Assembly (NCBI GenBank): GCA_964016885.1
Contig: OZ024745.1
Coordinates: 48,918,001-48,982,000, forward strand
Direction: 5' to 3'
From: Eledone cirrhosa
Taxonomy: Eukaryota
Length of the DNA: 64,000 nt
The position numbers and the translations under genes were made by a program. How positions within the stretch are numbered: position 1 is the first letter of the stretch; the number at the start of each line of letters is the position of its first letter. Below, one piece after another: positions 52,607 to 63,400 of the stretch. The notes below the pieces were generated by a model. The model was not told where the DNA came from and made no database searches. It worked only from the letters and a program-made list of their open reading frames with translations.

Positions 52607-55600
52607 GTATGTGCAATGTATGTGTATATACACACACACACACACACACACATTTTTTTTAAACCCTGGCAGAGTGGCTGATGCTAAACCTTGACATATA
52701 AGTATATTTAGCCATGTGGGTGTATGGGAGCATATGATAGTATAGATATGTGTATGCATAAATATATGCATGTGTGTGTAATCATGTATATATAGGTCTG
52801 TGTATGTGGATAGGTCAGTCACCTGTTTCGCATCACTTCCACTGAATGCTAAATATAACAAGTCATCATTGGCATAACAAGTTATGATTGGCAGTATCGG
52901 TAGAGGGTCGGACACCATGTTTTGCAGCAAAGAGTTACGGCTCTTTTTGATCTGAGTTCAAATCCCGCCAAAGTTAACTTTGCCTTTCATCCTTATGGGG
53001 TCGATAAAATAAGTACCAGTAATGTACTGGGTAATTGCTGGCCTTGTGCCAAAAGTAGAAACAATTATAGAACTTAATGCTGCAAGTAATCTGTCTCCTC
53101 TTCCACCCTGCCAGGCAGTGGTTGTTATAGTATTAGTGACAGGTATCTCCTCCCACACTAGCAGTTTACTCATTGGCAACACTACCACACCATTAAGGTT
53201 ATCTGGTGGAGGAGGTAATAACTGTGAAAGTGGCGTTGGAATATTATAACTAAATACATGAAATAAACATAAAATAATTAATTAACAGAGGATTCTATTG
53301 TGTTTTGGAGAACCCTGCTGACAAGGATGTGGAATGAGGTTACCAATGAAAGAAATGCTGGCAAAGCCAGCAAGATTGGCCGCCATCCAATGTCGTAAAA
53401 CCTGACGTTGCATATCTCCTCAGCTACCGCTCAGATACAAGTATCGAGGTCAGCGAGGAGAGATGGCTGTAGCACGGAGAGCAGTGAAGGGTGTAGAGGA
53501 GCTTCGGCATGGCGAAGCAGTTCCTCAACTGGAAGAGAGGTGGGTGGCCGTCGAGCAAGCCCAGTCGGCTCATGAGGGTCTGGAGTTGTTGGAGCCTAGA
53601 CCTGATGGTGGAGTGGATGGCCGGCGGGTGGATCAGTGATCCGAGGATTAGGACAGCCTCATTGGGGGTCACCTATGCCTGGTGGAGAATTAACCACACA
53701 TCCGAGATGGAGGCTGCCAAGCTCTCAGCATCATGGCTGACATTCACCACCTCCAACTTGGATGAGTTGACCTGGAGGCCGATTCCTGCCAGGGCAGGAA
53801 CCACCGATTGAAGGTCATGGCAGACAGTCTCCACGGGCCCGCCCAGCATAGCATCATCCAGGTAACAAATGTTGAGAAGGGCTGTGATACTCTGGGCAAT
53901 GTGGTCTATACCAAGGGCAAACAGGAGGGGGCCCAAAGGGTCGCCCTGTTGGACCCCAGTGGCTGAAGGTATGACCGTGTCAGCAGCAAAGAGCATGCTC
54001 GGGCTCCATATGACAAGTAGGCCAGCGGGTAGGTGGGGGGGACTCGGCTGAAGCAGGCATTGAGCAGATGGTCCCGGCGTATGCAGTTAAAGGCATTCCT
54101 CATGTCAAGCTTGACAATGAGGTGCCTGGACTCCCTGAGTGCCGGTTTCCGTGGGCAGCTATTGAAGAAATGCCTGGCTGCATGTGCGGCCCCCTCACAG
54201 CCACCGGACTGAACTCCTCACCCAGTTCAAGTGTTATGGACCTGCAGACCACCTTAGCAGCCAGGCTAGCCGAAATAAAAAGGCCATGGCGGGAGGATCC
54301 AGGGTGCCATGGATAAGCCTATTGGTGAGTGCCACAATTGCACTCAGAAGGCGACGCCTGGCCTCAGCGGAGAGGAGGGATAGCAACTCTTTGAGATGGC
54401 CTGGTCAGAGACCATCAGCACCTCCGCTGCTGCTAGCTGGCAAGGACTTGATGGAAGACATGATGTCTGCGTTGGAAGCCACAAGGAGAAGGTGGGGATC
54501 GGGTGGGGGTATGGGTCTGAGGTCAGCGGGTGGTTCAGGGTGCTTGAGTGGCAGGGCAGCCAGAACCTCCTCGGTGGATTGGAGGACAGTGTCCTCTTAG
54601 GCAACCACTCTGACTGCGGCCGAGACATTACCCATGATAAGTTTAGCGTTTACGCAGTCACGCAAATGCTTGGCGCTGGCCTCAGGGGTGGAGGATTGAA
54701 GGCACTCAAGAGCAGGGGTTGTGGCGTCCTTCAGCATGCTTGGAATGGGTGCTTCCCCAAAGTACGAAACATTGGCCTTGACAAAGGCTGCTGTCGACAT
54801 CTGCCTTGGTCAGCGCCAGAGCTGGGGAGACCAAGGGTGAGTGGGGCGAAATAGAAGAGGCGCTCCCAGTTGCTGGCTCGATTGGAGTCCAGAGCACTCT
54901 CGATTGAGGAAGCGAGAGCATCGGCTACCGGCATCCGGGATCCTGAGCGGAATCTTCCAGAGCCACCTGAGCCGAGCGATGTTGACCAGCGAGGCTTGGG
55001 CATCAGGCAAGCTCGCAGTCTCATCTGGTGGAGTGCCAGATGGCCGTGGTTGGGCAGACGAGGGGAAGAGACAGTTTCTGCATCTCCACTCTGCGAGGGC
55101 ACTGGAAGCTCGACGCGTCAACACAGGTGATGTGGTGGAAGCAGCTGCACCCTGAGCAGTTCCGGCCCCTCTTCCTTCTGTTCATGGTGCTGCAAATGCT
55201 GCAGATGTCGACTGGTGGGGATGGCGGATGGGGCATGGAGCCGGGGACTGGGGCACCAAGCGGCATCAGGGGTGAGTGGCTAGTTGTCACCAGCTCAGGT
55301 GCTAGGCACAAATGCACGTGGGTGGAAGGAAAAGTGTTGGTATGAGTGAGGCCTCATAGCTCACCTACATCAGATATGGAGGCGACAGAAGACAAGATAA
55401 AAGAGAAGGGGGGGGATGCAGGGAGGGAGACACACACAAAAGTAGAAAGTTAGCAAATAAATAAATAAATGAATGGATGAATGTACAAAAAGAAAACAGG
55501 GGGTAGTTCCCAGCGAAATGACCCAAAGGTTGTTATTGTTACTGATGCTGGAGTTGGCTTCCTCTTGTTAATGGTGGTGGTGGTAGTGATTGCTGGTAAG

Positions 55601-58600
55601 ATGTTGGTGTACACACATATATGTTGTTATTGTCACTGGCGCTGTCATATCCTTCCTCTTGTTAATGGCAGTGGTAGTTGATACTGATACCTATTTCGGC
55701 TGCCCGGCTGGTTGCTGGGGCTTGAATGCCTTCTTTCATCGAAGATGCAGGGTCGTTGTTATTGTCACTGTTACTGTCATTGCCTCCCTTGTTTGGTTTG
55801 GGTTGGTTTTCGCTTCTGTATCTTTTATATCTCCATAGTTAATTTATTTGGCAATCAATGTTTATCATTGATTGACCAGCAGTTAAAAATACAGATATGA
55901 ATATATATATATAGTCTATCAAAGTTCTTTCGTCACACATCTGCGACATCATCAGTGGTACTATTATGTTTCTTCCCATTGTATTGTAATGTCTATGCCA
56001 TTTTTATTTAATTAATTTAATTGAGGATTGAATTAAATAGATATACTTAAAATAGATAACGTTATAGCTTAACAAGAATATAAAGTAGTCATTATAAAGT
56101 TTAACTTGGCTATAAAGTGTTATATGTGAGAGCTCTTTGCTATTGTTAAGTCTGTGCTTAACTATAGTTCAGTGGAGTTCATCCTTATGTCCATAGCCCC
56201 AGCTAAGGAGATTCATGCACTCGATGAGCAAAGCATCAGAGTGGAATGTTTCAATCTAAAGGGAATGTCCAGGGTGAGGTGTGGACAGTAGGAATGGCCC
56301 ACAGCTTGCCGTAGACAGCAATGAAACTGATCAAGATCTCCGGGCTAACAGGTCTAACTGATAAAAAGCTATTAGTGAGTGTTGTAACTTAAAGTAAATA
56401 TAAGAATAAGAAACATCAAGATGAATTATATTAAAGTTAATTAAATTAAAGTATGGTCAGAAATGTACAATATAATAAGTGAAACAGTATGGTATAAAAT
56501 ATAAAACTATACAAGATAAAAAATAGAAAACAAACTGAATAACTTGTGATCATACAAGAAGTAAATGAAAATGTACATATAATAAATGTAATAAAATACA
56601 ATAAAATAACCTGAGATTCCACACAAGGGTAACTAAATATAGATACAAATGTGTCTAAATATATATAGAAATAAAGAGAATGAATTGAGAAATTATACAG
56701 ATAGTTAGGTAAGGATGGGGATAGGAATAGAGTTCAGAGAGAAACTTCCATTTCCATATTTACTTTAAGTTACTTTTTGTTTGTTGTGGCACCAAAACGA
56801 CCACTTTACAGTGTAGGGCAGGTACGTGGAGATTGGAGAAGTAGATCTAGGGTGAGGTACTCATCTGGTGAAGGGTGGGGTGTTAGGATATAGGTGGAAT
56901 GTTAGGACGTGGGAGGTTTAAGGAAGTGGGGAATGGAAGGTAGTGCATACAAGTTGTTGCTTCAGCCTGTGCATATGGGATGGTGGGTCTTCTGTATTAC
57001 TGCATAACGCCAGTGATCTCGATCTTGTGTCATCGCCTTCTAGAGGTGCTATTGTGCAAGGTCAGCTGTATATATGGTTGGTGTTAGGAAGGGCATCCTG
57101 CCGTAGAAAACCTGCCAGATAGTCCTATATGAGCGAGACATGGTCACCCGACCAACCTTGCCTCAAATGAGACAACTCCCATCTAACCCATGCTAGCTTG
57201 GAAGATGGACGTTAAACGAAGATGATGATGATGATATATATATATATATATATGTGTGAGAGCTATACAGCCACGTATAGAGGAACAGTCGGCAAGGTTA
57301 GAATTAATGAAGAATATAGTGAATTTAGCGTACTGGTAGGGGTACACCAGGGCTCCGTTCTTAGCCTCCTCCTGTTTATTATTGTCCTACAGGCTATAAC
57401 AGAGGGGTTTAAAACTGGCTGCCCATGGGAAATTCTATATGCAGATGATATAACTCTCATAGCTGAATCTATGGCTGAACTAGAGAGGAAGTTCTGAACA
57501 TGGAAGCATGGCCTTGAATCAAAAGGCCTTAGAGTCAACTTGTCTATGACTAAGGTTCTAGTATGCAGAAAGGAGAATAAGGCAGAGGTACCCTCTGAGA
57601 AATGGCCATGCTCAGGTGCAGTAAGTAGCAAGGACCCATTGGATATCTCCTTCAACTGCCCAGATGGTTCAATAGAAATAGTAGACATCTTCCGTTACCT
57701 GGGTGACAAAATCAGCAGTGGAGAAGGGATGCTCTGAAAGTGTAGTAGTAGCCAGAGTTAGAACGGGATGGAAAAAGTTCAGAGCTAATACTGCTGTTGG
57801 CTACAAGGGGTTTTTCTCTAAAAATGAAAGGCAGATTGTATGATGCATGTATACGAACAGCGATATTACATGGTAGTGGGACTTGGGCATTGTGTGCGCT
57901 GAAGACCTGCATAGATTAGAAAGAAATGAAGCTTGCATACTCCGATGGATGTGTAATAGTTATGTGTGCAAAAGGCGAAGCATAAATGAACTAAGAGGGT
58001 GACTAAGCATAAGAGTTATCAAATGTTGTGTTCTGGAGAGGAGATTGTGTTGGTATGGATAGGTGATGCGTATGAAGGATGACAGCTGTATAAAAAAGTG
58101 CAGGGAAATGAACATAGATGGAAGCTGCGGAGTGGGTAGACAAAGAAAAACCTGGGACGAGGTGATAAAAACTGACCTTGCCCACCTACACCACTCTAAG
58201 ACAATGTCACTGGATCGAGACCTTTGGGGCCATGTAGTTGTACAGAAGACCCGACTACCATTGCATACAAACCTATAGTCAGTAGGCACCTCTTAACTCA
58301 ATGTACATCCCACCGCCACACACTACCCCACCCTCCCTCTCCCGTTCCGTCCACTGTGTCGATGACACAACAGTCCACACTGTAAGGTGGCCGTGTAGGA
58401 GACACAGTGAAAAGGCTCCCAGTCCACACTGTAAATGTGGTTGCTGTAAAAAAAACCTGCCAGAGAACCTGCCGTGCGAGCGAGACATGGTCTCCTGACC
58501 ATTCCCGCATCAAATGGAACAAAACCGTCAAACCCATGCTAGCGTGGAAGATGGACGTTAAACGATGATGATGATGATGATATACTGTATTTGATGGCTT

Positions 58601-60393
58601 ATAAGGCATACTTTCTTTTCCAAAAATGTCTCAGAACATCACCCTGTATCTTATAAGGTCAAGGGTCATTTTGGCTAGTGGAGTTCTAGTGCTGTAGTGG
58701 TCCTTAATTTAAACAGCAAACATCTCTGCAAATGTAAACAAGGTAGTGATCGCTTCTACACCAACAATGGTGTACCAGAAGACATAGTTGATCTTCAGAC
58801 ATTTGCTGCCAGTTCATCCAAAGACTTGGGCTGTGCTCCCCCGAAGAGTGCTCTATACCTTGGCCGACCAGGTCCGAAACCCAGGCTAATTAGACTGTCT
58901 TTTTCGAACTCAACTGAGGCATGTTCATATCTTTCAGCCTCTGGTAATGCTAGGCGTGAAAGTCAGATTGCCTTCCGAACATGCCCTGGTCTTCCACTTG
59001 ATGTACACCCAAAGCTGCGTGCTGCAGCTTCCTTAAACTGCAACTTGGCAGAACATGAAAGCTTCAGCCTACGTGATGATGGGCAGATATGGAAGTTTAT
59101 TAAGGCTGGTGAAACATGGAAAAGAGATACCAGCTGGTCTGAAAACACTGTACCCACAACAACTGGCAATAAAAAAACTGAAAAAACTCTGGGAAACTAA
59201 GTCAGAATAACCTGCCATCCCCTGCACATAATCATAGACTGAAATCAAGGTACAAATTGTTGTCCTTGAATACATGTAGTCTATGCAATAAGATACATCT
59301 TTTTGACTCCTACGTCAAAAGTATCGACTCTGACTTCATTACAGTCATGGAAAAATGGGCACATTCCTTACTCTGTGATGGGGTTTTCAGCATAACTGGC
59401 TACAACTAGTTTTGTAAAGACCGCATTAATCGTCGTGGAGGTGGTGTAATGGTCTAATTTCTGTAAAACTTTTCAGCAATTCCTTCTGTTGATTTGAACC
59501 AATCGCAGCAAGAAGTATTTTTCTGCGGTATACGTATAAGCATGTTAACACTGCTACTTGGAGTCGTTTACCGTCCCCCAAATTACCATCAGGACACTCA
59601 ACTTTGTGATATCCTCATTTATAACGACATCAAATGTTTGTCTCAGAACTGAGGCAGCATTATCATGACTATCACAGAAAATGACCTGATCTATGACTTC
59701 GAGGAGAAAAGAAAGCATTCTTCTAGGTATTTTTATCCATGTTTACTCTAAGGGCTGGATGAGTGAGGATGGTATGAAACTGTGGCTAGTAAAGGTGTGG
59801 TCATGGTGTCCTGGTGGACTCTTCAAAAAGCCATTGCTTCTTGTGTGGAACAAGTTCAGGGTTCAGTTAACAAAAGCCATTAAGAGTAGAGTAAGCAGCT
59901 TACACTCAAAACTAACTGTAACATCAGGAGGATTAACATATCAACTGCAACTCCTTGATGTACGTATAAAGAAGCCTTTCAAGGGTTACATGCATGGAGA
60001 ATGGAATGAATTGATGGGACTCTGCAGCATGAGCTAACACCATCAGGTCACATCAAGAGGCCTACAATATCTCAGGTTTGCCAATGGGTAATAAAATGCT
60101 TGGGATAAGGTTACAACAGAAGCAGGTGTACTTTTATTCAAAAAAATGTGGCATTAGTAATAACATGAATGGCACAGAGGGTGACCTTTTATATGAAGGT
60201 AATGACTCTTATGATTCTGATTACTTTGAGGAATGCATGGATGATAGTGACCATAACTTTGCAGGATTTGACCATGAATAAAAAAAACTACAATTTTAAT
60301 AAATTTCATGATGAATAAAATAAATTTATTTTCATTTTCTTTTGTTTTTTAAAAACATACTAAATATTTCAACAAAAAATATGTGTATATATG

Positions 60394-60444
<51 letters not shown>

Positions 60445-63400
60445 ATCATGTTTCTCAATAAAAAGCTCCAATTATACAACAAAGCATCAATTATACAACA
60501 AGTTTAAATGATATATAAAATAATATATATTGATATTATCAATTGGGAAACTACTAGTATTTTGTACCAATATACAGAACAATTAATATGAAAGTAGATA
60601 TATTTACTTCTATATGGTAAAACTGCCTACAGTACCTTAAACAGATCTTTCTGGAAATCAAAGAATAGATGCAAAGCATCGATCTAGTAATTAATATCAA
60701 TACCAATTATCGATTTTGGTAATAAGCATCTCAAGACCAAGATTTCCTTCATCAGTAAAACTTTATTTTAACTCCACATGGAAAAAATTTCCAAATTCAC
60801 TAGTAATTTGTGTTGCGTGAAATATATATATAAGGAAAAAAGATGAAATCGAAAATGCAACTGGAGTCTTTTTAAGAATATTTATTTGGTTCCTTTACCG
60901 GTTTCGCAGTTCTTGTGCTTTTCAAAAGTAGAATTCAGATGGAGGGTTTGTGATTTTTCTCGCATCTGGTTGGTGTTCGAATGTTACTTCTGTTATATGT
61001 TCAAATGTTACTCTGTGGAAAAAAGTGGCTCAAAATGCTAGGTTTTACATGACAGTCATCAACCAACCAGATTTACTTTTCTAAAAAAACCTAGCATTTC
61101 GAGCCACTTTTTTTCGCATATAACAGAAGTAACATTCGAACACCAACAGATGCGAGAAAAACTACAAACCCTCCATCTCAATTTTACTTTTGAAAAGGTC
61201 AAGAACTGCGAACCCGGTAAAGGAACCAAATAAATATTCTTAAAAAGACTCCAGTTGCATTTTCGATTTCATCTTTTTTCCCTATACTTTCACTCATGTA
61301 GGACATCTCGTTTTTCATTTTGTAAAAAAAATCTCATTTTCTAATATATATATATATATATGTGTTGTGTGATTATATATATATATATATGTGTATTTAT
61401 ATATACATATACACATATATATATATATATATACACATATATATAATGCCATGCTTGTGTATGAGTGAACACCGTAGCAATGTTTTCCCATTCAAATATG
61501 GTATTATATAATATGGTTATTATATAACATCCTATTTTATATATTTACTGTTATTACTTATATTTCTCACATTCTTTTTATTAATAAGCATACCGAACTC
61601 AGTGAAGATTTAAAAGTAAATTCACGACAGTTGGAAGGATATCAGCAAGAAAACATTGAATTAAAAACTCAAAACAAAAAACTCAAAACAAATAACACAG
61701 CACTGGAATTGGCATTGAAAGAGATCAACAAGAATATGAAAAAAACCCCTATAAGTAAGAACTTTTAATCATTTCAGATGTTTTAATCTCTCAACTGTCT
61801 CCATAGAAATTCTTACTATATATTTATGATATATTTATATGTGCATCTGGTATTGAATAGGTACATTGTATATACACTGTGTGACATACGAGGTCACAAA
61901 TAGGGTAGGTCATCCACAAACCAGGTAGGTCATCCAGTTAGAAATCAGTTCTTATGAAAGTATTCTATGATGAGCATGATATTTTTCATGAGGCCTCCAT
62001 GGCTAACCTCTGCTTTAGCTGGGGGAAATGGTTTCAAAATACTTGCTGCTACAGCATCTATGTTTCGTTGTTGTTCCCTAAGAAGTCTGTATAAAATAAC
62101 CAGAATAACTCAGAGTAGTTTTTTTTATTGGGAAAACATACCTAGAGAATGGAACTTTTCAATAGAAATAGATAGATTAATGGTGGTGCCCAGCATGGCC
62201 ACATTCCATAGGCTGGAACATGTAAAAAAGTATATCACTAGAGAAATTAGAATAAAAACTTCAAGTAGTACCCAAGGAGTGCTTAATTAGTTTATAATAC
62301 AAATATAAGATACCTATCCCTATTTTGAACTGGTGTACAAAAGTTACAGCACACAAGTTGCTGAGGGTTGTTTCGAGACATAGTTGATGTTTGTTGTTGC
62401 TATTTATTTTCATCATTTTTGTAACACAAATCTTTTAATTTACATACCATCTACTTGGATAAGAAGGTCCTAGAGATGTAAATATTGACTAGTAGAAGGC
62501 TAAATCTACTGGTTATGATTGGTCTCTATGTTTACACTGACTCTGGTTACATTGATAAACTGAGTATCTCTCTCACCCTGTATGTAGCTCATTGCTCAGT
62601 TAACATTAAGAAAAAATCCTTTATGATTTGTAGGAGTGAACATTTGATTGAATTTGTCCAAATGAATCTTTTGAAAATGTTTTCCATATTCTTTTTAATG
62701 TTTTGTTAGATTCAGATGAAGCAATTATAAAGTGTCCTTCCCTAGACAAAATCCTTGCAGTGAGTTATTTTTGTTTTGTTTTGTTTTCCCTGAAAATGGG
62801 GTTGTTAATTCAAATGTTTATTGTATCTTGATTAGTGGACAGATTGCTGTGAAAATTTGAAATAATCTAAAATAAAGGCTTTCATATTTAATATGATATT
62901 GTCATAGAACTATTTTGACCTTTTCAAGAATGGCTTGTTAATGTAGTTTCATGTGGCATAGGATATTAAAAGTTGACAATAGTTGACAATAATTAAAACT
63001 GTGACCCTTACAATAGGAATAATGCCTATGGCAACAGTTTTTATCATATCTGATACCATAATTATTTAAGAAGTCTTTAAAAGATGTTGATTTTTCTAGT
63101 TCCTTATCTGATATGAGAATTCGTAGCATGATTATTCATCAAATGACATTTCATTCGATTATTTTGTAAATACAGAAGAATTTTAAATAGAGAATATTTT
63201 TTAAATAAGAAATAACAATAGAATTCCCCATCTTAAATTTTATTTTAAAATCACAACTGTAACAGAACTTTAAAATGTTCTACTTGTGCTAATTTCGAAA
63301 GTTAAATACTACAGACAGCAGATGATTAATTATTCAGTCATTAAAGGTATGATAACCAATTATAATGTTGTTTATTTACTGCATCATAATATTTTTTTTA

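Noticed and set aside
57605-57622. PHD loss by splicing of a cryptic GT-AG intron
   Set aside because: Splicing at tgctca/GT...CAG/gtgca would yield tgctcagtgca, but the observed junction is tgctcaggtgca, which fits a microhomology deletion.
62938-63129. Minus-strand 63-aa ORF as a gene or selenoprotein exon
   Set aside because: It runs into a MITE end, the candidate splices to nearby segments create TGA stops, and no SECIS or homology was evident.
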